A stretch of DNA of 63,764 nt, filler included, from Reticulomyxa filosa (lineage: Eukaryota > Protista > Foraminifera): the NCBI GenBank assembly GCA_000512085.1. It is 13 parts of 13 records of this genome, joined end to end, with 100 filler letters (N's around TTAATTAATTAA, not from the genome) between each part and the next. Parts side by side here need not be neighbours in the genome. Positions count along the whole stretch, not along the records: positions 24,015 to 25,014 come from ASPP01033791.1; positions 25,115 to 27,512 come from ASPP01026512.1; positions 27,613 to 30,979 come from ASPP01049232.1; positions 31,080 to 45,752 come from ASPP01007442.1; 9 more parts are not named here. One strand, 5' to 3'. This document shows positions 24,053 to 35,790 of this stretch, piece after piece (the stretch's first letter is position 1; every line of letters begins with the position of its first letter). The position numbers and the translations under genes were made by a program. The notes beneath the pieces are model-generated. The model saw only the letters and a program-made list of their open reading frames with translations. It was not told where the DNA came from and did no database searches.

Positions 24053-25014
24053 TTGAGTGAAATATATAAGCTGAATGAACGCGTTCGCGACTATTTGGAG
24101 ACCGAAAAAGTTGGAGTAGACTCCAGAAGAGTCGCCGACGTGTTGCCGGAATTGGCGTCGCATCGCAACGAAAATGGCGAAGAAGTGAAAGTGATATTGA
24201 CGCAGTTGCGACGGGGGTGTCACAACCCCAAATTCTTGGCACGTTGGCAGGGTGCAATGAAAGCGGTGGAGGCGTTTCCGCACAAAGCGTTTTGGGGTTA
24301 CTTGGTGGACTTTCATAAGGACCTGTATCAATTCGTCGCTACGTTACATGGAGAAACCGCGCCGGACAATAGCAGCAATGAGCCTAATGCACATGATGCA
24401 TCTCATGATCACCACAAACACAAACACAAACACAATCATAAGCATGGACATGGACACGACCATGAACAGGAGCATCATCCACAAGTGGTTCAAGATGGAG
24501 AAATAGAGGGTAGAGTAGAAGAAGGAGAAGGAAACGAACAAAAGCATTCTTTGGATAATAATGATGACGACAACAACCAAATCGTTCCTGACAGTTCGAA
24601 TCAACAAAAAGATTATGACATTGATATTCAAGCTCAATTTTTGTTAATTTGTTTTTTTAAAAAAAAATGAGATGATTTTGATTGAAATTTTTTTTTCTTT
24701 TCTTTTCCTCCCCTCCCTCTTCCGCCCCTCTCTTTCTCTCTTTTTATCTTCAAAGCCGCTCGTTCTGTGCGTATGCAGTGGATAATCCTTACGAGTATAG
24801 TGAGTTGGTAAACGCGTCGCTGGAAATATTACTGGACGTGCCAAAAGAACACACAGAACAATCGTATTACACCGACTATATGACCCACTTTTTCCAATGC
24901 AAAGCCATTCCTGCTCACGAAACCATGTCTCGGGTCATCTACCGGATTTGGAAGTATTCTTTGGTTACCTCTTGGTTTCATGTGGGTGTGCTGATCAAAA
25001 ACTGGCCTCCACAA
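24051..25014 (+). CDS. Partial hypothetical protein with a His-rich tract (2 exons, both ends truncated)
   Basis: ORFs 24053-24670 and 24682-25062 with GC-richer coding-like composition; HDHHKHKHKHNHKHGHGHDHE. Confidence 0.55.
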
Positions 25015-25114
25015 NNNNNNNNNNNNNNNNNNNNNNNNNNNNNNNNNNNNNNNNNNNNTTAATTAATTAANNNNNNNNNNNNNNNNNNNNNNNNNNNNNN
25101 NNNNNNNNNNNNNN

Positions 25115-25935
25115 CAATTGGTTGCGTTTGGATACAACGGAGTGATGACGCTTTGAAAGAAGTGATAAAAGTCTCTGGTATATTGCGGGATGGTCACCGA
25201 ACTGTCGAGAATTTCATTGCCGAACTCGTACGCATACAAATTTGCAAACACGTTGTTTTGCTGCGAATGCGAAGCAACCTCCATGGTGTAATTCACCAAA
25301 CTATATGCGTTCGAAAAGTCCATTGGCTGATTAGCTCCCTCTCTTCCGAAACATGCGTTTATCCCAAACACCAAATGCGCGCCGATCGTTGACGCAAACT
25401 CATTCAATTGTTGCCAACGCGGCATTGTCAAACATCCATATTCTGAACCGTTTAACCACATACTACACGTATAATTGGGTTTCGGACTGCCAAACCCTTG
25501 ATGCATCCTATACATATATATACCATACATATGTATATGTAGTGTTTCTTTTTTTAAAATCATTTTAACATCTCTTTTTAACTTCACAGGGGTCACGCCG
25601 TAAGGGTTTGTAAAGTTGAAGTGACCGCATTCATTCGAAACGTTATAAATTATGTCATCTTCACCTGTCCCACCAAGGCGCAAGAAAGACGGTCCAAGCG
25701 CTTTTGCAAGGCTTACAAAGCTGGGGTTTGTCAGATTTATTATCAATATCCCCGAATCTCCCCAATGCTCGCTAGTCGGGTGCCACCAGTCCAAGTTGAA
25801 CCCACCAAAGTCAGCACTTAAGTTGCGCAATACATTGTTCGGATTGAAAACCACGGTAAAATTCAACTGTGCTGAGACACAGAAATCCAATGAAAAGAGG
25901 ATGACCAAACTTAAAACCACTTGTCTCAACATCAT
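25115..25935 (-). CDS. Glycoside hydrolase family 79 (heparanase/beta-glucuronidase-like), secreted, 3'-truncated
   Basis: Signal peptide MMLRQVVLSLVILFSLDFCVSA; GGFNLDWW, LAKALGPSFLRLGGT, CLTMPRWQQLNEF, LVFGINAC and the acid/base motif YEFGNE. One in-frame intron is likely at ~25509-25602. Confidence 0.85.
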
Positions 25936-26212
25936 GTTTTTTTTTCGCTTCCTTGCCTTGCACTCCCTCCTTTTTTTTCCAATCAAAGTGTTTCAAAACT
26001 ATATCGGGGTTGTCGTTCAAAAAAACAAACAATTTTAAACATTAAGGCCTTTAAATCATTTATTTTATGCTTTTTATCAAGATGTTCCTGTATTTTTGTG
26101 TGTATTAAAAAAACTCATTAAAGGAATTTCCAAGCAACAAAAAGAACGGAAAAAAGGGGCCTGGCAGAGAATTTCTATAAAAAAAAATAATAGATATATC
26201 CTCAAATGAAAA

Positions 26213-26802
26213 ATGTCCAGTAACAATTCTCGCCTTTCAGCATCTCCAGCACAAACCCCAGGTAAAAACGGCGGTCGAACCTCAGGTGTTCGGCCAGGGG
26301 CGCAAAGTGGTGCAACCCCTAAAGACAAGATGAACGCGGAGAAATTGAACCCATTTTTTCGAGACCCTCGCGATGAATGGCAAGTTGGGAGTGAAGTAAA
26401 GATTTATCATAATGGGAAATGGCACAAGGCAACAATAGTAACCGTGAGCAAAAGCAATGTCGGAGCAAGCAATGGGAACGCATCAGCGGGCGACAAGAAC
26501 GCGAACAAAGGCAGTGTTTCGACGAATGACCTTTTCAATTGTCTATTAGAAGACGGGAAGACATCAGTGCGAGTGAATAGATGGGATGTGTCAATCCAGC
26601 CAAGCAATTTGGAGATTGACGACGACGAGCAGCAGGACGATGCAGACGATGATCAAGACCTGATCATGACAGCGGGGCAAACGACCAAGGGTCAAAAAAG
26701 TGACAGTGAAGACGCAAACGTTACCAGTGAATTATTTGACAATGAAGAGGAAGAAGATCGTTTTTTCGACGCTTTACTTGATGACGTTATTAATCAATAT
26801 AC

Positions 26803-26834
<32 letters not shown>

Positions 26835-27342
26835 GTATATATGTATATTGATTAATAACAATAAATAAATAAATAAAAAAAGTTGAACGGAACAATGAAA
26901 GAGTCCAGCAAAATGAAAAGCAAAGAGGAAAATGACACCGACGAAGGACCAAACGCAGCTGGACACACGGGCTATGACTTGGCAGGATTGCAATTGGCGA
27001 GCAAGTCGAATCGAAAACGAGCGAGCAAAGTACGGAAGGAAAAGATGATAGGTGACAGCAGTGGGGCGGTCATTGGCGACATGGGCGTGGATGTGAAAAG
27101 CGACGAGAAATCCGACATACTACAACAGCAGATGGAGACGCAAATGTCGGCCATTTGCGGATATACCGTATGGGTCAATTGGTGCGATGTGACCCAATTG
27201 CAAGGGTATTACAAATGTGTAGGATTTCGCAATGACCACTACGCCTTTGTCCATAAGCAAGATCATCGAGCGGAGTTGATCGCCGATCACAAAGGCTATT
27301 GGCACTTAGTGTATGATAAAACGATTATGTACAAATCTTCAG
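26213..27342 (+). CDS. Hypothetical protein with a Tudor/Agenet-like beta-barrel and acidic linker, 3'-truncated
   Basis: WQVGSEVKIYHNGKWHKATIV pattern. ORFs 26213-26851 and 26883-27440 are separated by a (TA)n intron. Confidence 0.55.
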
Positions 27343-27779
27343 GTATTTTTTTTTTGTTTTGTTTATGCATGTTTTATATTTCACTATGCATATTTTGTAA
27401 AGAAAGAAAAAAAAAAAAAAAAAGGGGTGGAGATTTGTGATGAATGAAGTGTACATAGCATATACACATATAAATGTATATATATATATATATTTATATA
27501 TGTATATATTTANNNNNNNNNNNNNNNNNNNNNNNNNNNNNNNNNNNNNNNNNNNNTTAATTAATTAANNNNNNNNNNNNNNNNNNNNNNNNNNNNNNNN
27601 NNNNNNNNNNNNAATTTGAATTAATTGTTGTTTTTGTGTTTACATAATAAACAGCGAATAGTGTCAGCGCGAAAGACACATGAAGGATGTTGGATTGGGA
27701 AATAATATTGGATCGATCTACAATATCGTGAGTATGATCTCCATTCGATCAATACAAATTGGTGGACATTTTACAATGA

Positions 27780-28620
27780 ACATTCGGATCAAGAAAATAA
27801 AGGATATTCTTTTCGCAATGCACAAAATCTCAATGGCACATCCTGTCGTTATAGTAATACCTGCGTTCTCAATGGTCACTTGTCTCGCTAATAAATGAAC
27901 AGTTATGCCATTGTAAACATGAACGCCGTCCATCATTATGCGCTGAAACAATATAGGTCCACTTGGTCAAATCCTACTTGCTCAAATATCGCCATCAAAA
28001 GTAAAAATGATCAATTTGTTAAATTCAATTTGGAAAAAGTAGTTATCTCTTTCTCTTTCTTTAATTATCTTCAATTGGTGTGTTATTCCTGTATATATAT
28101 GTATATACATAAATATAGATAGATTTGAAATAGCAAAAATCTTTATCCAAATGAAAGCGTAGAGATTATTATGTGTTCAGAGCATGTATATAGTATTCAA
28201 TATCTTATCGATAATAGTAGATGGATTGGCACTATTTATGAGCTCCTCCGATAATTGTGCTACCCAAACTGCTTCCTATTCAATGTCCCCACGAACAATC
28301 AACTATCGAAAATGGCAATTCGACTTATTAACGTTGCTTCCAATTTGTTATGTTGTTAAGTAAATGTATCAGTTTTCTAGAAAACAAATAATATGGGACA
28401 GGCTCCACAAATTCAATAATTGGTATTTGTGAGACAATCCACAATTCGAATACCAATCTTAAAATATAGCATTATCATGATTCACCATCAAGGATAACAG
28501 AGGCAACATCAACCTAATCCATTAGCAGAGTGTACGCAATTGTGCTCCTGTCTTCTCTTGGTATGTTGCAATCACAATTCAAAATCGGATTGCTTTGTAA
28601 TGCGTTCATAACCTTATCAG
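27780..28620 (+). pseudogene. Possible highly degenerate LTR-retrotransposon integrase relic
   Basis: Fragments in different frames: IKDILFAMHKISMAHP (His pair of the integrase Zn finger), WQFDLL and QHQPNPLAE (cf. HPQ.NG.AER). Many stops. Confidence 0.3.
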
Positions 28621-31079
28621 CGTCGTGGTGAATGGAAATGCGAGTGGTACTGAATATAGGGAATATTTGAATAAATAGTATCGATCATAGAAGTTCTGCA
28701 TTACCTTTATCATACTTTTAGTTGTTGTGATATGTCTTTATCAAAGCAATATAAACATAAACTTTTAGTCTTCGAGTGAAAGAAAATAAAGAAGAAGAAA
28801 AGTAGATTAAAAAGATAAAAAATATCAATCAAACACATGAATTACAAGAAATGTAACAAGTGCTGATGAATCGTCAAGATGGATTTATCAAGAGAAGCAG
28901 GTGGACAGTATCAATAAAAAGAATCGACACAATCAATCAATAAAAGGTGTTGACATGTGTCAACAAAATTATGAATTGTTGTGGATGATATTGATGGAAG
29001 CGAAGCACAGTGGCAATGAATAATATGTGCTTATGATTACACAACCACATCCGACTTGGCACACATTACTTTCAATTAAGCCATTGATATGCATAATTAA
29101 TCAAATATCCATCGCTGTTATTTAAATATGTTTGCGATTATGTATGTGTGGCTCCCAATGTCGATACACCAAAGATATATGGAGACATTTCCGATATAGA
29201 ATTGGAATGATCTTCGTGTTGATTTCATGGAAGGTAATAAAGCTTTGGTATATTGGCAGGAAATGATTGCATGGATAATTTCGTTTTATTACCATAATAT
29301 CTTTGAAAGGATATTGAAGTTAAAACAATATTGGTTATTTTTGTCTATCTTTCAAAGCAGTTTAAATTAAGTCGTTGTCTGTTATTTTTGTGTTTACAGC
29401 AACTATGATATGCTAAGTCCACTGGTGGAGTATGTAATAGAACCGCAAATGGAGAAGAATAGAAGAAGGAGATTCCACATGGAGACAATGACGATTACCT
29501 GACCAAGACAAAGAGACGACTCAACACATTGAATAATGACCAAGCCATTGTACCTAATGTGAATAAAATAAGGCTACAAATACTGCCTTTCAATCAATTG
29601 ATATTCCTGTTGGCTCTGTTTCGTTGCTATTGTCGTAATTGGGCACTTGAGATGACGTCGATACCATATTGTAATTTTGGGATCACAGTGGCATCAACTA
29701 TCTTATCTATCTCCTTCTTCGCTGATTGCATTAGCTGCTGCCAAAGACACATTCGATTGATTACCATTGTTATAATCGAGGACAATCTTAATCGCAAAGC
29801 TGTTATGCTGCACCAGTGGAAGCAAATGAAGACTTATCACAACCTTTGGAGTGCATACAAGACAAAAATGAAAACGACATTGCCATAATATATATATATA
29901 TATATTTTGGCAATATTGTCTGCCCAATCTCTTTGATAATATGAATCAATACATTGATTTATTTTTTGTTTTGTTCTGTTACTTTTTGTGCAATTCATTT
30001 CATTGTGTGATTTGTTATTTTCATTGTAATACAAGCGTGTTGGGCTAATGATTGTCGTTGTTTTCCAGTACAGTTGTATTTTTATTTGTGAAAAATAGCA
30101 ATCCAAATAAGGTCTAGATTTTAATACTTTCTTGCATTCTTCTTCGTTGGTGCTGTTGAAAAAATCTTTTATCTTCAAGCGGTTTCCTTATTGAAGAGTT
30201 CGTTTGTGCATTCATTTTCATATTTCCCCAAACTTTTGCAACGAATAATGTTATTTGAAAAAAAAGACAGCATCCTATTCTTTTTTGAAAATAATAAAAG
30301 TAAAAAGATAATAATCAAATTAATTTAAAAACATTGGGAAAAGAGAATAAGACTCACAACAAGTCCGTTTGTAAAATGTGCACTACAAAAAAAATCACCT
30401 ATACATATATACGTACAAGGCCACAATTATTTCAAAAAAAAAAAAGGGGATAAGCAAGGGCCAAAGTATATCAGAAACTAATTAAAAGTCCAGGAATGTG
30501 TTTGTGGAATGAGGTTATAATCGACTATAATTTGATATATCGTTCTAAATGCTCCAAATGCTCTGAGTGAATTCTTTAGTCAGTATTCACAAGATGGTAA
30601 TCATATTACTTCGGATTTAAGTGGGGAAGCACTTATGCTATTCAAAAAATGCGTGACATGTACACGACCGGAATAAAGTTGATCAAAACCTAAATAAATT
30701 GGTTGCGTTCCAACATAGTGTGCTGATATCGCGCGAGGATATGTCAATATGTTATTATGGAACACTACACGATATGTGAGTATGTACATGCTCGTAATTC
30801 ATTCAGTTTATTCTCTACTAACAACCCCTTGTCGTGAGTGTCCACGCTGTGTCGGTTTGCTGGCACTTTCATATATACCCAGTCTTCTGTCGAACAGTTT
30901 TGCACTTGCTTGCACTCAATGCAAGGGTCGTCTGAAGGACATGTGCTCATGTCGCCAGTCGTTACCAGTATCGTCCACANNNNNNNNNNNNNNNNNNNNN
31001 NNNNNNNNNNNNNNNNNNNNNNNTTAATTAATTAANNNNNNNNNNNNNNNNNNNNNNNNNNNNNNNNNNNNNNNNNNNN

Positions 31080-31321
31080 CGGATACTTTGTCTGCTTCTG
31101 ACGGACATAAAGCGTAGCATTTATAACACCCTCGAAATGCTTCCTCATTGTAGTATTCACAATGTCTGCACTTCCAACCTTTTTGCTCTTTTGTTTGTGT
31201 GTGTGTGACTGCAATTTGTAGACGTCACTATTGACCTTGTTTTTGGAATAAAAGCAACAGTTAAATACTAACTGAATAACTCCCCTTCTTTTGTGTCTTC
31301 AATCGAATCATCTTTGTCCAT
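31080..31321 (-). CDS. 5' fragment of a RanBP2-type zinc-finger protein (frame missed by the ORF track)
   Basis: Manual translation gives GWKCRHCEYYNEEAFRGCYKCYA = W-x-C-x2-C-x3-N-x6-C-x2-C. Candidate first exon MDKDDSIEDTKEGELF starts at 31321. Confidence 0.65.
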
Positions 31322-32386
31322 TTTAAGCCTCTTATCTGTATAAAGGGTTTTTTTGAAAATGAAACTGCACAGTTCGGTTCAAAACCGAACCTGTGTTTGT
31401 AATCTTGTACGTTAGAGGAAATTTACTGTCCTTTGGAGAGCCAAAAGCAAATTTTTAAGTTTAAAATATTTTATCTCTATTTTTAAACATTTTTCAAATA
31501 CCTGTTTTTATTGAAAATTTTTTAAGTAAAATTGAGCAAAAAAAAGGATGAAAGTTCACGTCAATATCGTCTTATTGTGTTATTGGCTCAGGAATGCGTT
31601 TCCACATTATCAAGCATGCAAAACTGTTATGCATAAGTTAAGTATGTTGTTATGAAGTCTCGTCAATTCAAAATTTTTTTGTAAATTGTGAGAACTACCT
31701 ACACGTGCTCACCAAGTTTTTCCCCCTCTAAACCATTTATACGATACGTTCTACAGGCCAAACACAACCAAGTATTCTCAAACAATTGACAAAAAAAAAG
31801 TGAATGGAGTGTTGGTATTGTATAATTTTCTGAGATTTTTTCGATATTTTCAATTTAATTTTTTGGTCTCTTGCCGTCATAAACATTGATGTACAAAAGA
31901 AACTACGATGCAGCATTTTTTTTTTGGATCACAGCATTAACGAATAAAAAGAGAAGCGAACTAATTTGTTTAGCATTACTCTTTTCATTTTTTAAATAAA
32001 AATACAACAATAGCATATCTTTTTCAATGATCCAGAAACGATTAAGATTTCTTTTGCAAAAACAAAAGCTATGGGTTGCAAAGATTAAGAAAACTTGATA
32101 AACAATTTGAGATGTAGACAAGGTCAGACGTGCCTTGAAGAAAAAAAGGTGTTTCCGTTTACGTAGTTCTTTCTTCCTTCTCAACTTTTTTAGACGAACG
32201 TCTTTTCATTATTGACGCTTTTCACGAATCCTGCCAAAAAAGTAAGTAGATATTCTTGATTGTTGTTTGTTTTGGTCAATGCTGCCGTTGGTAGCAGCAA
32301 GTAGTTTGGTTTAGGCACTGGTTTTTGTTTCTCGTTGCCACAAAAAAACATGGGCAAACAAAACTAATGTCAACAGTCTCGGAAGT

Positions 32387-35300
32387 ATGGCCAGTGAATT
32401 TGGATCAAGCACAGATCTACTAAAGATCGAACAAGGCTAAATTAACGAAAAATAAAATATTTCCAAAAACCTAACACAATACATCTGCACTGTTCTTTCT
32501 TTAAAAAACTTTAAGTAAACGGGGGACACGTACGAACATGTATCAAAAAAAAAAAAAATGCAGGACTGGTAGTTTTAGCGGAAATAGATTTTGCTGAAAT
32601 TGATATGAAGGATGACAAATCATCCTTAGAGCTACAAAATGAGGTATTTATGAAACATGTTGACTTGAAACATTGCGTTTCTTTTTTGGTAAAGTGTGAC
32701 GTTCGAAAAGCAAACAAGTATGTGTGTGATATATTAACCACAAGGTGAAGCAAGAGCCAGTTCCAGTGGAAAAGGAAACCGAAAAGCCTGTGGAAAAGGA
32801 AATCGAAAAGCCTGTAGTAGAAAAGGAAATCGAAAAGCCTGTAGAAAAAGAAATCGAAAAGCCTGTGGAAGAGGTAAAGCATGAAATCGAACAAAACAAG
32901 TACACGAAGGAAATGAAGGCATTGACGAGATTGAGTGGCGACACCATTAGCGGAGAAGAATTGAGAAGACAACTCGAAGAAAGCAATGGCAATGTGTCAG
33001 CTGTAATTGAAAAGATCGTGTTTAAATTGATGAATCAACATGTATATTTTTATATATTTATGTAAACACAAAATCAAATTAATTAACATCACAAATAAAA
33101 AAAAATAAAAAAAAATAAATATAAATAAAAATAAATAAAAGATCGAAACTCAAGGTTTGGACAAAGAGAATAAAGTTAATAAATAAATACAAATTATTAT
33201 TATTATTATTATTATTATTACATATATAATACAAACATTATATTGGTAATAAAAAAAAAAAAGATTAAAGATATCGAAGAGATGGAGCCAGGTGAAAAAA
33301 GTAAGGAAAAATTGAAAAAAGAAGAGGAGGATGAAAAAGTTGGAGAAATAAAACCAGGAATTAATTTGCAAGGACATTGTGAAAATAACAAATGCTTGGC
33401 TTCGAAAGGAAGACTTCTTGTGTGGATTAATATTGGATTTGCTGAGATTTCATTTGTTTCGGACAAAAGCAATTTTGAGTGTCCAGATTGCAGAGAAAAA
33501 ACAGTGACATCAATTACCAAGGCCATGTTTTATAACTCGAATCATTCAATTCGTGCCAGGAATGATAACACAAGAGCTGTGGAAGATAATAATTATCAGT
33601 GCACATATACAATTATTTCTGGACTTTCCTATGAATTGAAAGCAAAAAAGATTAGACAGTTTGCGGAAAGTATTGAAGATTTGATAGATAGGAGTGAGCA
33701 AGCAATGAATAGTAAAGAATTAACTAATTTGGTTATGGAATTGCAAAAATATGATATTACTGTTATAAAACCACCCAATTTGAAAGGGAATGATCGATTA
33801 TTGGAAAAAATTCAAGCAGATTATGATGGTGATTTCAATCAAGTATTCGATATTGGAAGATTTACTATATTATGTGATAATCCAAACAAATTGCAAGCAG
33901 CAGTGGCAGTGATTAAGAAAGCAGATCAATTCAATCTAATTGTATCTGAAGATAAAGATTTTTTTAATAAACAATCCAAAACACATCATAGATTTCACAA
34001 TATTAAATTATATGTCCCAAAACATAAAGTTTATGTTGAAATGCAAGCAACATTAAAAAATTTTACAACGTTAGAGGGATATACCACAATTGAAAATCCA
34101 AAACTGAGTCATTCATTTTATGAACAAATTCGAGCATGGAAACCTAGTCCAGAAGAGGAAGAATTAAAACAAGCAAGTGATGAAACATTAATAAAAATTA
34201 ATGATATAATTTGTGAATGGATTGATACAAAAGAAATTAAAAAAATTGCTAATCGTTACAAACCACATTCAAAAATTGGAATATTAAAACCTCCACAATT
34301 AAAAGGAATATTTGAAAAAGATGTCAATCTTATGGATAATACTCCATTAAAATTATCTCAATTTTCATATGATCAACTTTGTACATTTAATCCTGAAAAA
34401 GAAAAAGGAAAAGCAATTCATGTAATTTTATTTGAATATTTTAGAAAATATATTATGAAAGAGATAAATCCGGCAAGTCGTGCTGATATTGCATCAATAT
34501 TAAAAGAATCAAGAAAAAAAGAATTAGAAGAAGATGCAGCAATATTTCAAGCACTTGAAACATATATTCCATTACAAGCAAATAATTATCCATTTACTGA
34601 TAATAATAATAATAATAATAATAATAATGCATATGATTGTTATCAATATATTATTGATTTATTAGAAAAAAAAGAAGAAAAATTAAGTGAAGAGGAAGAA
34701 GAAAAACAAATAAAAATAGAAGGAGAACAAAGTGTAATAATTTTACAAGGAAAATCAGGAGGAGGAAAAAGTTTTATTTTGTCGCATTTAGAACAATCTT
34801 TATGGGAAAAATATATAGACGGTGACTCCACATCATTAATTCCTGTTTATATTTCATTACCAAAGTATTATAATGAAATAAATGAAACACAAATCATTTC
34901 TCAAGCTTTACAAATGAAACAAATAAATAAAGATATAATTGAAATTATCCGTGAAAATATGTCATTTGTATTTATATTAGATGGCTTTGATGAAATTTTT
35001 GATAAATATAATAAATACAATAAAAATAATAGTGATAAATATTTTTGTGATAGATTTAATTTAAGTGAATGGAATGCAAAAATTATTGTTAGTTGTCGTA
35101 GTCATGTATTAAATGATTATGATATTAAACATATTTTAATTGGTGAAGATAATACAAAAATACCAATGATATATTTATGGCCTTTTTCAAAAATGCAAGT
35201 TTATGATTATATTGATAAATTTATTAAAATAAATAAAAAAAATTTAATTAATGATAATTCTAATTGGACAACACAGCAATATAAAGAAACATTAAAAAAT

Positions 35301-35720
35301 TATCCAAATTTATATAAAATGATAGAAGAACCATTTTTACTTAGAATGATATTGACTGTATTACCATCATTATCATATCAACATACCATAGGAACTAAAA
35401 TATCAAAAGCGCAAGTATATGAAGCATTTAATGAACAATGGGTCGATATTCATGTCAAAGATGTTCACAATAAATTAGCAGAGCTAAGAATTCAAACAAA
35501 TCCAAAAAAGATTAAATTCGCATTTCAACAATATTGTCAAGATTTAGGATTTGAAATGTTTATTCAAGGAAATCAAGTTGCAACAGAAAATGATTATAAT
35601 GAAATTGATAATATAAGTATAAGTATAAATACAAATATAAATACAAATAATATTACAGAAAATAAAATAGATATTGATGAAACTATAGAAGAAAAAATAG
35701 AAAGATATTTGGAGAAATAT

Positions 35721-35722
<2 letters not shown>
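32387..35722 (+). CDS. NACHT (STAND) NTPase with an N-terminal EKPVEKEI repeat/UBA-like region, Cys-rich segment and RelA/SpoT-like nucleotidyltransferase domain; C-terminus lost in an (AAT)n repeat
   Basis: Walker A GKSGGGKS (34749-34772), PVYISL, Walker B FVFILDGFDEI (~34965-34997), KIIVSCR and EPFLLRMI. Upstream: LKGNDRLLEKIQADYDGD..FDIGRFTI..KDFF..HHRFHNIKL..VEMQAT. Short 5' exons begin at ATG 32387. Confidence 0.8.
32765..32872 (+). repeat. Coding tandem repeat, ~24-nt unit (PVEKEIEK) x4
   Basis: gaaaaggaaatcgaaaagcctgt units in ORF 32745-33065. Confidence 0.85.
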
Positions 35723-35787
<65 letters not shown>

Positions 35788-35790
35788 TAA
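35722..35790 (+). repeat. (AAT)n microsatellite joining two unrelated reading frames
   Basis: About 22 AAT units; composition and coding frame change across it. Confidence 0.9.

Noticed and set aside
28860-30979. Coding-like stretches in contig 27613-30979
   Set aside because: Probably decayed repeat or pseudogene sequence; no continuous frame or diagnostic motif.
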